Assembly (NCBI GenBank): GCA_965246715.1
Contig: CBDFFH010000005.1
Coordinates: forward strand, 311,148-375,147
Length of the DNA: 64,000 nucleotides
DNA from: Chamaesiphon sp.
GTDB taxonomy: Bacteria; Cyanobacteriota; Cyanobacteriia; Cyanobacteriales; Chamaesiphonaceae
Direction of reading: 5' to 3'
Position 1 is the stretch's first letter, and every line of letters starts with the position of its first letter. Shown here in pieces: positions 1-11,201 of this stretch. The translations under genes and the position numbers were made by a program. The notes beneath the pieces are model-generated. The model saw only the letters and a program-made list of their open reading frames with translations, was not told the DNA's origin and ran no database searches.

Positions 1-91
1 TCGTAGAAGAATTTTGGATTGTGGATTAAATAAGGGTGGTAGCTTTGCGTTTAGACTGAATAAAATCTAGATGCAATAGAAATTGAGATCG

Positions 92-1513
92 CTACTTTTT
101 GGGTGCCATCCGATCGAGTAAAGTCGGCATCCCTGTCGAATTCATCTGTTGTTGAAACTGTGTCGGTTGGGCGGCACGCCAGATCAGTGGCGTGGCGATG
201 AGGACTCCTGCGGCAATGGTTGCCATCCCTGAGAGCCAAGGCGTGCGACCCAATCTGTGGGAGTGAAAAGGTTGATGCTGTTGAAAGATTTCGTCAGTCA
301 GCCAATCGGCAGTAACTTTGACGTTACGCCAGATGGTGGGTAGTAATTCGAGATAGGTAGCCGTGCGAACTAGATGTCCTGGTTGACCTTTGATAGGGAA
401 TTTATCGAACAGGTTGGCAACCCCTTCATTTAGCCCCAATTTCATTAAGGTGCCCCGTAGATGCACTGTAGCTGTTACCAGGGGTTTGTCCTCCACGATT
501 GCTTGTAAATTGTAGGCGATCGCTTTACCTTGTTGATACGCAACTTGGGCGGTAGGCGGCTGCGGATCGTCACTATTAGTAGCGCAATCTCCAGCGGCAA
601 ATACTTCTGGAAAATCGGGCAATTGCAACGTCGGGATGACGAATAATCGCCCCTTGAGATCGCGATATTCTGGTTTACTAATTGGTAACTCCATCAATAA
701 CGGATGGGGTGAGGTTCCCGCTGTCCAGGCAATCGTGCCAGCTTTGATGGAGTAGGTGCGCTCGCCCCGTTTGAACTCTACTGCATCAGGATGAATGGCG
801 GCAACTGCGGCATCGAATAGCAATTGAACACCCCGCTGTTTGAGCGCACGGTAGGCATTAGGGCGCAATTTACTATTGATATCGCCTTTGAGCAGTTCGC
901 CGCTGCGGTTGATGAGCACTACTCTTATTTCATCGACATCGCCGCCGAGATCTTCGTACCACAGGGGCAACAAATCGCCCAAGGTGCAGGCTAATTCGAT
1001 CCCCGCAGGCCCCGCGCCAATAATTGCGACTGTCAGTAACGCACACCGTTCCTGGGGGTCTGGAGTCATGACTGCTTGTCGTAATTGGGCTTGTAACCTT
1101 TCGCGTAAAGCGATCGCCTCTGCACCAGATGTCAGCGGCAGTGCGTACTCCGCCGCACCAGGGGTATCCAGATAAGTTACCTTACTACCCAATGCCAGCA
1201 CCAAGCGATCGTAAGCATAATCTCGTCCAGAAGCGAGTGCCACCCGCTGGCGGTGCAAATCGATCGATTTTACAGTGTCTTGCACGAAACTAACGCCCGA
1301 TTCGGCGAGCAAGTCGGCATAGCGCGGATGAACTTGGCGAGCGTGAAGTTCGCCGCTGAGTAGTTCGTAGAGGAGTGGCTTGAAACTAAATCGATCTTGT
1401 CGATCGATTAGGACGATCGGTTGTTGGTAGTTTTGGCGGCTCAGATGCAAGGCTGTAAATAGCCCGACAAAACCGCCGCCTAAGATCAGAGTTGGATTGG
1501 ATTTCTGATTCAT
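92..1513 (-). CDS. Type II NADH:quinone oxidoreductase (NDH-2 family FAD-dependent oxidoreductase)
   Basis: Two Rossmann motifs (LILGGGFVG, IIGAGPAGIE), FAAGD, PPTAQVAYQQG; C-terminal hydrophobic segment. Confidence 0.88.
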   Translation of the reverse strand: MNQKSNPTLILGGGFVGLFTALHLSRQNYQQPIVLIDRQDRFSFKPLLYELLSGELHARQVHPRYADLLAESGVSFVQDTVKSIDLHRQRVALASGRDYAYDRLVLALGSKVTYLDTPGAAEYALPLTSGAEAIALRERLQAQLRQAVMTPDPQERCALLTVAIIGAGPAGIELACTLGDLLPLWYEDLGGDVDEIRVVLINRSGELLKGDINSKLRPNAYRALKQRGVQLLFDAAVAAIHPDAVEFKRGERTYSIKAGTIAWTAGTSPHPLLMELPISKPEYRDLKGRLFVIPTLQLPDFPEVFAAGDCATNSDDPQPPTAQVAYQQGKAIAYNLQAIVEDKPLVTATVHLRGTLMKLGLNEGVANLFDKFPIKGQPGHLVRTATYLELLPTIWRNVKVTADWLTDEIFQQHQPFHSHRLGRTPWLSGMATIAAGVLIATPLIWRAAQPTQFQQQMNSTGMPTLLDRMAPKK

Positions 1514-1622
1514 AATTTGAGCAGAGGTACAATACCATTTGAATCTGCTGTTAGTATGACTTGAAAATCCAGGCGATGAATGATTTTGAGCTAAACATTG
1601 GCTGAGAAATTCGACCGATTAC

Positions 1623-1661
1623 ACTCATAAACTATTCAGCAATTTCTCATGAGAAACTCAG
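1623..1661 (+). promoter_or_regulatory. Four 11-bp-period hexamer direct repeats (candidate OmpR-family boxes)
   Basis: ACTCAT 1623, ATTCAG 1634, TCTCAT 1645, ACTCAG 1656, in a divergent intergenic region. Confidence 0.6.
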
Positions 1662-1830
1662 GCTAGGAGTTTACCATTAATAATCGTAAAAATATTTTGA
1701 TAAATTAAACAACCCTAGAAATATGGCTTGCAGCTATGAAATTTTACTTGTCCAAGCATAATACCTCATTCGATCGATATATTTTTCCGACATCAATTAT
1801 TTACCAACTATTTATTGACTAAAATAAATT

Positions 1831-2295
1831 GTGAGCAAGAATATAATTTTCAATCTATTCCGATGGCTGACGATCGGGATTATCATTATTAATTTAATAG
1901 CTTATATGGATCTAGCTGAAAGTAGAAATATTTCGTCGCCACAAGAGATTCGCGCGATCGTCGAGCGAGCTAAAAATGCCTGGGTAGCACGCGATGCCGA
2001 TGCTCTGGCGCAGTTATTTACACCGGATGCCCAGCTCATCGTCCCCGGTCAACGATGGCAGGGACAGGCTAAAATTCGGGAAGAAGTTGCTAAGTTTTCG
2101 CGACTGTATACCGATGTCCAAATTACCATCCACCGCACGATCGTCGATGGCAATCACGCGGCAGTAGAATGGCATTATGAGGATACCGAAAAAGCTACGG
2201 GGAAACGTAGCCAAGCCGATGATGCGATCGTCATTGAGGTCAAAAACGGTCGGATTAGTTATTGGCGAGAGTATTTCGATACCAGTGGTAAATAA
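1831..2295 (+). CDS. SnoaL/NTF2-like family protein with N-terminal signal or TM segment
   Basis: AWVARDADALAQLFTPDA ... GRISYWREYFD pattern typical of the NTF2-like fold. Confidence 0.8.
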   Translation: MSKNIIFNLFRWLTIGIIIINLIAYMDLAESRNISSPQEIRAIVERAKNAWVARDADALAQLFTPDAQLIVPGQRWQGQAKIREEVAKFSRLYTDVQITIHRTIVDGNHAAVEWHYEDTEKATGKRSQADDAIVIEVKNGRISYWREYFDTSGK

Positions 2296-2354
2296 GCGAG
2301 CGTTTAGAAAGTTATGCTAGTAGTGTAAGTATTCCTAAATGCACGTTTTAGAGA

Positions 2355-2873
2355 TTAGGCAGCGATAAATTTCATCGCTACTCCGTTCATACAATATCGC
2401 AGTCCAGTGGGTTTCGGGCCATCCTCAAATACATGTCCTAAGTGCCCCCCACAGCGACGACAATGGACTTCAGTTCGAGTCGCACCGAAGGATGTGTCTA
2501 CGGAAGTTTTAACTGCATTAGCGATCGGTGCATAGAAACTCGGCCAGCCAGTACCGCTCTCAAACTTGGTTTCGGAAACAAACAGCGGCAAGTTACAGCC
2601 AGCACAGGCAAATTTACCCGTGCGATGTTCTTGAGTCAGTGAGCTAGTGCCAGCCCGTTCTGTACCCTCTTTTCGGAGTACCTCGAATTGAGCTGGAGTC
2701 AGGATCTTACGCCACTGAGCTTCAGTTTTAGTAACCTCGAATTTACCTAATGTTTTTGCGTTGGCATAGCCTCTCTGAAATAAAATCGATTCAGATCTTC
2801 TGGATGAAAAAAATAGCGTGCTAGCAGCACTAAGTGGTACGAGAGAAGCAAATAATAAAGTTCGTCTGTTCAT
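2355..2873 (-). CDS. msrB: Peptide-methionine (R)-S-oxide reductase, Tat-type leader
   Basis: GTGWPSF, RTEVHCRRCGGHLGHVFEDGP, RYCMN; N-terminal RRTLL. Confidence 0.96.
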   Translation of the reverse strand: MNRRTLLFASLVPLSAASTLFFSSRRSESILFQRGYANAKTLGKFEVTKTEAQWRKILTPAQFEVLRKEGTERAGTSSLTQEHRTGKFACAGCNLPLFVSETKFESGTGWPSFYAPIANAVKTSVDTSFGATRTEVHCRRCGGHLGHVFEDGPKPTGLRYCMNGVAMKFIAA

Positions 2874-2928
2874 TTTTTAATTAGTTAGTTTAGATATCTC
2901 TACAATCGGCAGAAGCTAAATTAAAGCT

Positions 2929-3687
2929 CTAACCTTTTTTAATCAGCGTGGGGAATTGTTGACGGAGTTGGGCTAGTTTTGGCAGATCGAACCTGACGAT
3001 ATAGAATTGAGTAGGATTACGCTCGATAAAATTTTGATGATAATCTTCAGCCGCATAAAACTCAGCTAAGGGTACTATTTGGGTCGCAATTGGTTCTCTG
3101 AAAATGCGAGCTTTGTTCAGCCGATCGATATAATCTTTGGCTACTTGCTGCTGTTCGGAGCTGGTAAAAAATATTGCCGATCGATACTGGGTACCGCTAT
3201 CTGGCTCCTGGCGATTTACCTGCGTGGGATCGTGAGCGATGAGAAAGTAAATCTTCAATAACTGTCCGTAGGAAATTTGAGTAGGATCGTAAGTAATTTT
3301 AACCGCCTCTGCATGACCTGTCGTACCAGTGCTGACGAGATCGTAGTTAGCAGTTACCGCAGTGCCACCAGAGTAACCAGAGACAACATTAGAAACACCT
3401 TTAAGATGTTCAAATACTGCTTCTACACCCCAAAAACAGCCGCCAGCGAGGACGATCGTTTGTTCTCCTTTGACTTTAGCGGCGGGAATATCAACTGGCG
3501 GATCGATTTTCATGCCTGCTAAAGATACTGGAGCCGATTCAGCAGTAGGACTAGAGAAAATCGTGTGCGACATAATGCCAAAGGCAACTGCGATTAGTGA
3601 CACGATCGAGAGGCTAAATACGAATCTATAGTTATGTGACATCATAGGCGAAGTGGTAAGTTTAGACGGGGTAAATTTAGCTTTCAT
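2929..3687 (-). CDS. msrA: Peptide-methionine (S)-S-oxide reductase with N-terminal membrane or signal segment
   Basis: AGGCFWG, GHAEAV, QYRSAIF, FYAAEDYHQ. Confidence 0.96.
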   Translation of the reverse strand: MKAKFTPSKLTTSPMMSHNYRFVFSLSIVSLIAVAFGIMSHTIFSSPTAESAPVSLAGMKIDPPVDIPAAKVKGEQTIVLAGGCFWGVEAVFEHLKGVSNVVSGYSGGTAVTANYDLVSTGTTGHAEAVKITYDPTQISYGQLLKIYFLIAHDPTQVNRQEPDSGTQYRSAIFFTSSEQQQVAKDYIDRLNKARIFREPIATQIVPLAEFYAAEDYHQNFIERNPTQFYIVRFDLPKLAQLRQQFPTLIKKG

Positions 3688-3895
3688 TTGCGATTTTCCT
3701 AATATTTGGATGGCTCTATTATTTTCTAGAGGACAGTAGAAATCTGCTCTAAACCCATAACAACCGATCGATTAGATCTACGAGCAGAACGTTCGATCGG
3801 ATTCATTTATGTAGCGATTTATGGTCAGATAAATACTGTGAAGCTGACAACATTAGCTTAGGAATTTAATTATCTCCGCTCGCACTAGAATTTAT

Positions 3896-3968
3896 CTGAG
3901 AAAAGACCGAGAACATTCTAAGTTTTTTCTGAGAGTTTTCTTATGGCATTCTCAGCAATTTCTCAGAT
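3896..3968. promoter_or_regulatory. Two oppositely oriented TCTCAG-N5-TCTCAG boxes between msrA and the araC gene
   Basis: CTGAGA 3896 / CCGAGA 3907 (minus orientation) and TCTCAG 3950 / TCTCAG 3961; 3950-3968 is identical to 23781-23799. Confidence 0.65.
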
Positions 3969-4136
3969 TGTGTCGGTCTAACCTCTGGGCACAAGATTGT
4001 CAACAAGCGAGCGAGTTGTGGTTGCTGAGACCATCGCCAGAGTCAAATCGACACGACTATAAGTAATCCATTGCACAGCACTAACTTTAAATAAACGATA
4101 TAGTTCGAGCGGTCTATTATTGCCAATTACTGTGAT

Positions 4137-4873
4137 GTGATGTCTAATAATTTGTCCGCACCCACTCCTCAACAGGCTGCATTAGCGGCAATTTTGCCCA
4201 CTATTCCTCTGCTTTCTAGCAAACTAGCTGGGTGGGAAGGGGTTTCACTGGAATATTTTCGTTATCCGCCGTTTCAGACACCAGAATATTCTTATCCAGA
4301 ACATAAAATTGCGATCCATACCCAGATTCCGCCAGAGTTACTAGTCGAGCGGCGATTAGATGGCAAGTTTCAAACCGATCGAGTATTGGAAAATCAGGCG
4401 ATCGTCGTGCCAGCTCATGTTACTCATCAAATCGAGTGGAATCGAGAGTCAGAATTTTTGATTATTAGCCTCGATCCTCAACTATTGAGTCAGATTGCCG
4501 ATGAAACTATCGATCCAGATCGGGTGGATTTAGTGCCCAGTTTACCCAAACCCGATCCGCTGATTCATCAGATCGGGCTGACGCTTAAGCAGGAACTAAC
4601 TGAAAATGGGGGCAGCGATCGCCTGTACGTTCAATCCCTCGTCAACTGTCTGTCCTTACATCTGCTCAAAAAGTACTCGACATTGACACGATCCCTCTTC
4701 CCCACCACCGATCGATCCTCACCGGATCGCCTCAAGCTGGTGCTGGAGTATATCCATGACAACTTGGCGCAAAATCTCTCTCTGACGGATTTGGCGGCGA
4801 TCGCTAATCTGAGTATCTCTCGCTTTTATCGGGTCTTTCGTCAGGGAACGGGTGTATCGCCCCATCAATATTT
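4137..4873 (+). pseudogene. AraC-family transcriptional regulator, truncated by IS1 (second HTH lost)
   Basis: LSLTDLAAIANLSISRFYRVFRQGTGVSPHQY runs directly into the IS left end at 4874. Confidence 0.85.
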
Positions 4874-5700
4874 GGCGTTGCTGGATTAGGATATGATCTA
4901 AGGCGATCGAGAGAAGTAACAAGAGCAAATATCTAAATGGAATGTCCTGAATGTAGATCGTCCAATATCAATAAAAATGGGCGAATAAAGGGAAAGCAGA
5001 ACCATATTTGTAAAGACTGCGGACGGCAATTTATAGATTGTTATGAAGCACACAGAGGATATTCACCACAAATCAAGCAGAAATGTTTGTCAATGTATGT
5101 TAATGGGATGGGATTTCGAGCAATAGAAAGAGTAATGGGTGTGCATAATACAACTGTCATGGATTGGGTGAAGCAAGTAGGGGCAAATCTCCCAGATTAC
5201 TATAATTCAGACCAAATACCAGAAGTTGGTGAGTTGGATGAGTTAGAGACGTTTGTTGGCTCAAAAAAAACAAGATCTGGCTCTGGACGGCAGTAAATCA
5301 CTTTCAGATGGGTATTTTAGGATGGGTATTAGGCGACCACAGTGCTAAGACATTTAGACCGCTATGGGAGAATTTGGTAAGTACATGGAAATGTTATTTT
5401 TATGTGACGGATGGGTGGAGGGTCTATCCAATATTTATTCCAGATGGTGACCAAATCGTGAGTAAAACTTATATGACAAGAGTTGAGGGTGAAAACACTA
5501 GGCTCAGACATTACTTAGCTCGATTAAAAAGAAAAACATTATGTTATTCTAAGTGCGAACAAATGCTAAAGCATTCTATTAGATTGTTAATTCATTATCT
5601 TAAATTTGGTGAAGTACCAACTCCTAATTCAGTTAGTTCTGGCGATCGACGGCACAGATTACCTCTCGATCGCCAAATCATATCTTAATCCAGCAACGCC
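4874..5700 (+). mobile_element. IS1-family insertion sequence (827 bp)
   Basis: Terminal IRs GGCGTTGCTGGATTA(G/A)GATATGAT...GGCGATCGAGAG; insA and insB ORFs; no target duplication. Confidence 0.92.
4937..5688 (+). CDS. IS1 transposase InsA/InsB expressed through a -1 frameshift
   Basis: Zn ribbon CPEC...CKDC, ELDELETFVGSKK, A8 run at 5263-5270, then YVTDGW ... VEGENTRLRHYLARL. Confidence 0.9.
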
Positions 5701-6991
5701 CATTTTTCTTCCTGGCGGTCATGGCCCGATGTTCGATCTGCCAGATAATCTCGATTTGCAACGTCTGCTCCGGGAATTTTACGAAGCTGGCAAGATCGTT
5801 AGTGCCGTCTGTCATGGCCCAGCCGGACTCGTAGGTGCCACTTTAACTGACGGCACCCCTTTGGTGAAAGGTAAAATTCTCACCGCCTATACCTACGCCG
5901 AAGAAGTTGCTGCTAAACTCGATCGCGATGTCCCCTTTATCCTGGAGCATCGGTTGCGGGAACTAGGCGCACAATTTATCGCTGGTGCCAATAAAGCGAA
6001 CCACGTCGAACGCGATGGACAACTAATTACCGGACAAAACCCCAACTCTAGTACCAGCATTGCCCGTGCGATCGTCGCTACTTTAACTAATCGCCTACCA
6101 CCGATCTTTGAAACTACCCCAATCGCGATCGTCCCGTCCCAAATAATTGCCAAATTTCCGGTGAATACCTTCCTGGAAAATATTGCCACCGATCCTTACG
6201 GAAATCTGTTTGTTACTGACTACGAAGCCGGAAAAATTTACTGCGTCACCACAACTGGAGACATCACTGAGATTGCCGATGTCGATGGTAATGCTGCTGG
6301 AATTGTCGTTGACGATCGCGGCGATCTCCTCGTCGCTGGGGCAACAAAAGCGAAAATCGCCACTGTTTTTCGGATTCATACCGATGGCACCGTCGAGCCA
6401 ATTATTACTATCCCAGAGGCGATCTTCCTCAATGGGATGACTCCCTTAGCTCCCAACCGTTATCTGATTGCCGATTCGTATCTAGGCGCGATTTGGGAGA
6501 TCGATCCCGTCGCGAAAACTGCCCAGATTTGGCTCCAACACGAACGCCTAGCCCGCTCCAATCCCCAGCATCCCTTTCCCGCAGTCAATGGCTTAAAAAT
6601 CTATGACAACACGGTGTATGCCTCAAATACGCAGCGACAGCATTTGGTTCGGATTCCAATTAATCCCGATCTTACCGCCGGATCGCCGGAATTATGGCTG
6701 ACAAATGTTAATCTCGATGACTTTGCCTTTGATGTAACGGGCAATCTCTATGCCACAACTCATGTTTATGACAGTGTGGTGCGAATTGCTCCCGACGGAT
6801 CGATCGCGACGATTGCGACCGCCGCCGAGGGGATGGTAGGGACTACCGCACTAGCCTTCGGGCGCACCGAGGGCGATCGCACGGAGATATTTGTAGTTAC
6901 TAATGGGGGCATGTCTCTACCGCCAGCCACCGGAGTAGAACCAGCCAAAGTCGTGCGTCTAACCGTCGGCAGCGAAGGAGTTCTTAAATAA
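5701..6991 (+). pseudogene. DJ-1/PfpI domain fused to an SMP-30/gluconolactonase-like beta-propeller, 5' end deleted next to IS1
   Basis: Begins mid-domain at IFLPGGHGPMFDL; AVCHGP nucleophile motif, ITGQNP; propeller motifs FLNGM, VNGLK, LDDFAFD. Confidence 0.8.
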
Positions 6992-6992
6992 G

Positions 6993-7310
6993 ATGCGGTA
7001 TGCAATTCAATGTATTTTGGCAGATAATACCGATGAAAAACGGGTCGCTTTGAGATCGGCACATCTTCGCTATATCGATGCTCACAAAGAGGAGATCTTC
7101 TGTGGTGGCCCAACTGTCACCGCAGACGGTCAGCCTGAGATGATGTTGATTATTCTCACTGCCCCAGATCTGCGATCGGCACAAGCTTTTATTGATGCCG
7201 AACCCTACCATCAAGCGGGAATATTTGCACGAGTCACGATTCGCTTGTGGCAACAAGTATTACCAGAGTCTCAACCAGGAGAGCTATTGAAAAAGATCGG
7301 TAGTCGGTGA
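6993..7310 (+). CDS. YciI family protein
   Basis: RSAHLRYI, GGP, FIDAEPY. Confidence 0.85.
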   Translation: MRYAIQCILADNTDEKRVALRSAHLRYIDAHKEEIFCGGPTVTADGQPEMMLIILTAPDLRSAQAFIDAEPYHQAGIFARVTIRLWQQVLPESQPGELLKKIGSR

Positions 7311-7495
7311 GCAATTGGGGAGATCTGCGATCGCTTGGAGCGAGCTGAAACTAATCTTTAGTTGCCAAATCCGATCGACATGATTTAGCTAAAGTTCGAG
7401 TCAACTCTGAAGCGAGCGGGAACTATCGGAGGAAGAAATCGAGCGATCGCTCGATTTCTCGCCATAATTACCAATGAAGATCGTCCGGCTTCAGG

Positions 7496-8846
7496 TTAGG
7501 CAGGAAAACACTTCCCAAATGCCTGAAGTAGCTGGATCGATCCTTTGACCCGAATTTTGCGTCGTACTAAAGCCCAAATAATATTCTCGTCCTTACACAG
7601 AAACCCGATCCAGGTTTTACTATCGGCAATCACAGTCAGATCTGCCTTCCCGATGTGCCCCGTCTGCACCTGCAATGTCTTGTTTTGAATCGTCACAGTG
7701 GCTCGATCGCGTTCGGCACCAGTAAAAGTAAAGTGATAAACTGCATTCAATCCCTGCGACTGGTTTCGTTGAAATAACAGCGGTAGCCCAAACAGAAAAC
7801 CCGCGATCGATTGGGGACGAATCCCACTACTGACGGGTTTGACGATTTTATGAGGAAAGCGTTTGGCAGTATAGGTTTGGGCATCCGAACCTGGGATGAC
7901 ATAAATCGTTTCTGTTTTGTCCTGTAAGGGTTTGACCACCTCGCGCACGAACCCCTGGCGATCGCTCAAAAATGGTGCGATGACATCTTCCCCCGCCGGA
8001 CAAGCTGCCATACAGTAAGCAGCCTTATAATTGGCTTTGTAGGACAGACTTTGCCACATTGAGGCAGATTCGGCAGCACTGACTTTTTGGCGATAGTCAT
8101 GGGCACTATTACTGTCAGCGATCGTTTCTACCCAATCAGTAAATCCGCTCATGAACTCGCGGTAATTGTGGGTATAGCAAGCTGAGAAATTGAAATGGCC
8201 ATCTGTCGCAGATCGCCCCCACCGGACAAGCCGCAACACAGAGCTTGCAATCGATACAGGGGTTGTAATCGATCGGCTGACTGTATGCCGTCACATCCGC
8301 ATCCATCAACACCACGCCCAGCAGGATAAAATTGCCAAATTTTGGATGGATGACATTCCGGTGCAAACCCATCTGCCCCAAGCCAGCAGCTACAGACACT
8401 GGCTTGTACGACACGATCCATACTTTCCCTGGAAACCGATCCATTTCCTGGGGAAACGCCACCGATGGATTCAAAGCGCGAATGCCAATCTGTGTCAATC
8501 TTTCAACGATCGATCGCCCCACCCGATCGATCTCCTCACCACTAGCATGAAATTCGGTATTGGCGATCGATCTGCGCCGGACTGAGGATATTATCGCGGT
8601 TCATCCGACAGACGAAGCTAATTATGGTTTTCGCCCGTGGGAATGCTGTCTAGAATATCAGCACGTTGGTCGGCGATTTCCGGTCGATCGATCTCGACAA
8701 ACCCCACATCATCGGCTCCGGCTTGCAAACACATCTCTCTCAGCGAATCAGCATTTAGAGGCGTAAATTGGCGACAACTGAAGTTTGATGCAGTCAGATC
8801 GCTCTTTCCACCAGCGGACTGTCGGATGTTCGTCAAATTTGGTCAT
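7496..8846 (-). pseudogene. QueG/reductive-dehalogenase-like 4Fe-4S protein with C-terminal SCP2 domain, multiple frameshifts
   Basis: Start MTKFDEHPTV at 8846 with AGGAG RBS; fragments in different frames: AGADDVGFV, AAGLGQMGLHRNVIHPKFG, CIDCKLCVAACPVGAI, CMAACP, SCP2-like C-terminus. Confidence 0.8.
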
Positions 8847-8864
8847 GGTTAGCTCCTAGTTAAA

Positions 8865-8874
8865 TGTATATACA
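8865..8874. promoter_or_regulatory. Palindrome TGTATATACA, copy 1 (candidate MarR operator)
   Basis: Just upstream of the Fe-S/SCP2 start; identical copies at 9737 and 10229. Confidence 0.6.
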
Positions 8875-8879
8875 GGTAT

Positions 8880-9714
8880 CGCCGACTCAATACTTGATGT
8901 TTGGTCATCCCTTTCATCACTCGCCCCATCGTCTGCACCCTCGCCCAGCGCGGCAATGGTAACAGCGAATAGACGAGCAACTTTGACAAGAATCCAGGTA
9001 AGACGGTAGCGCTGACGACCCAAAGTAGCCAGGATCGGCACAGCAATTTCTTCAGGTGTCAAGGCTGCGCCCATCTTCATATCCGCACGGGCGGCAAACC
9101 CCGAAGCCATAGGTCCAGGCGCAGCCGCCAGCACATCGACTCCCAGCGGGGCAAGTTCGACATGCAGAGCCTCTGCTAGTGTTTGCACATAAGCCTTGGT
9201 AGCCGCGTAGTGAGCTGCATAGGGCGTGCCCTGAAACCCGACGATCGAACTCATCAGCACCATCCCACCCCGTCCCCGTTTGGCAAACCGCCGCCCAAAC
9301 TTTAGGCTCATTGCCATCAGGGCGCGACAATTGACATCGAGCATTTCTACTTCAGCTTCTAAGAGAGGCATCTAAAAATGCCCCCGATGTGCCAAAGCCA
9401 GCCGCAGCAATTAACAACCCCACATCGAGATCGCTCGTTTCAGCGTGACGATCCGTTCGATTGCGGTTGTCAGTCCCAAGTCAACACAGATAACTCGCTT
9501 ACCTCGATCCCATACCGGATGCTTAAATCTGCTGCCATTTGTTGCAAGATGTCTTGAGTACGGGCAACCAAGACGAGGTTGAACCGCGCCTCCGCCAGCT
9601 TTATTGCCAGTTCTCGCGCCCGACACCAGATGAGGCACCAGTGACTATCGCCCACGCGCCATAACGGGCGAGCAACCTTTGTTGGAGTCGATTGGGGATA
9701 TTAGTTACTGTCAC
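8880..9714 (-). pseudogene. Short-chain dehydrogenase/reductase, frameshifted
   Basis: YGAWAIVTGASSGVGR, AAAGFG and YAATKAY occur in different frames; 3' boundary approximate. Confidence 0.8.
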
Positions 9715-9736
9715 TATTTATTTCCTGTTATATATA

Positions 9737-9746
9737 TGTATATACA
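9737..9746. promoter_or_regulatory. Palindrome TGTATATACA, copy 2
   Basis: ATGTATATACAT just upstream of the SDR start. Confidence 0.65.
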
Positions 9747-9763
9747 TGTATCGAATAAAATAA

Positions 9764-10222
9764 CTACCGATCGAGTGTTTTAAGATCGGACAACAACGAG
9801 AGCAACGTTTGCCACTTTTGCGGCTCTAATCGATCGGCTAAATCAATTTGAACCTGCTCCCAGATCGGTAAGGCTTGAGCCAATGTTTCAGAGCCGAGAT
9901 CGGTCAGCGAGACAATCCTGACGCGGCGGTCTTCACCCGCTTCAATATTTATCAAGCCTTTTTTCTCCAAAAGTTTCAGATTGCGAGTCAAGGTAGTTTG
10001 GTCGGTGTATAGCTCTTGTGCTAGAGTACCGATCGCGGTGGTTCCCATCAGATCGATCGCCACTATCAGCGTAAATTGGTTGGCTACCAACCCCACCGGG
10101 CGCAAAGCATCATTGTAAATCTGAGTCAGAATGCGGGAGGCGCGACGGACGTGCAAACCCATACAGGTTAACGGCACCTGGAAGACTCGATCGTGACTAG
10201 CTTTCAAATTTGGATCGTGCAT
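9764..10222 (-). CDS. MarR-family transcriptional regulator
   Basis: CMGLHVRRASR...YNDAL, DQTTLTRNLKLLEKKGLI, EDRRVR. Confidence 0.92.
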   Translation of the reverse strand: MHDPNLKASHDRVFQVPLTCMGLHVRRASRILTQIYNDALRPVGLVANQFTLIVAIDLMGTTAIGTLAQELYTDQTTLTRNLKLLEKKGLINIEAGEDRRVRIVSLTDLGSETLAQALPIWEQVQIDLADRLEPQKWQTLLSLLSDLKTLDR

Positions 10223-10228
10223 AATATA

Positions 10229-10238
10229 TGTATATACA
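10229..10238. promoter_or_regulatory. Palindrome TGTATATACA, copy 3
   Basis: 6 bp upstream of the marR ATG. Confidence 0.65.
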
Positions 10239-10465
10239 CATAAGCTCGAATTGTCAATCGGTAAGCTCGATCGCCATCACTCACTCGGCGATTTACTGCC
10301 CATCGTCTGTAAGTGAAAGCTCCCTGAGACAAATTAAGAGTTCGATCGCGTACTGAGTGAATTTATCGGCACCTAAAAAACGGATACTAGGAATTATCCA
10401 GCAACCATTTTTTAGATATTTATAATAGTAAAAATAATTATTCCAGCCCTAACTATTCCTCATGC

Positions 10466-11167
10466 CTAAATTCCGCCAAACCATTCATAACCTTGTTCTT
10501 CCCAGTAACCTTTGCCACCTTTAGGAATTTGACTGACAAAACTAACCTTTGTCACCCATTTTGATAGTTTGTAGCCCAATTTAATCGGTGAAGCTAGGCG
10601 TAATGGTGCGCCATTGTCGGCAGGAAGTGGTTGTCCATTCATTTGATAAGCTAGCAGGGTTTGCGGGTGAATGGCAGAAGCTAGATCCCAACTTTCGGTA
10701 TATTTATCAGCCGATTGAAATAAGACATATTTAGCATTATCTTTCGGTTGAACCATTTGAGCCAAATCGCGCAATCGGAAGCCACCCCACTGGACGATCG
10801 CCGCCCAACCTTCGACGCAAACATGTTGCATAATTATCGACGTTGGCGGAATTTGTTTTAAGGCTGTTAAGTTCAGTTCCATCGGAAATTTCACTTCGCC
10901 ATCGACAGTCAATCGATACTTATCGGGGTCGATTTCAGGAGTACCCTCATAACTATTGAGCAGGAGAGCTTTGGGATCGATCGCACTTTTGGAAAATTCA
11001 GGGATGAGCAGTTGGGGTTTGACGAGTAATTCCCCAAATGATTGATTCAATGGTTCGGACAAGTCGCCGACTTTAGCGGTGAATTCGTTGCTACAACTAT
11101 TAAGTAAATAACCGATACTTGACATTCCCATTAGTTGAATGGCTTGGCGACGAGTGAGCTGATTCAT
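10466..11167 (-). CDS. Molybdopterin-dependent oxidoreductase (sulfite oxidase/MsrP-like), Tat-type leader
   Basis: HVCVEGW, LLAYQMNGQPLP, GAPLRL, KLGYKLSKW, GYWEEQGY; TRRQAI. Confidence 0.88.
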   Translation of the reverse strand: MNQLTRRQAIQLMGMSSIGYLLNSCSNEFTAKVGDLSEPLNQSFGELLVKPQLLIPEFSKSAIDPKALLLNSYEGTPEIDPDKYRLTVDGEVKFPMELNLTALKQIPPTSIIMQHVCVEGWAAIVQWGGFRLRDLAQMVQPKDNAKYVLFQSADKYTESWDLASAIHPQTLLAYQMNGQPLPADNGAPLRLASPIKLGYKLSKWVTKVSFVSQIPKGGKGYWEEQGYEWFGGI

Positions 11168-11201
11168 GGGTTAGTGAATAGTGAATAGTGGATAGAATAT
11201 T

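Noticed and set aside
5606..5700. N-terminus of the 461-aa ORF as a native protein start
   Set aside because: It lies inside the IS1 right end
11172..11192. TAGTGAA heptamer repeated three times
   Set aside because: Ordinary short tandem repeat of the cyanobacterial STRR type
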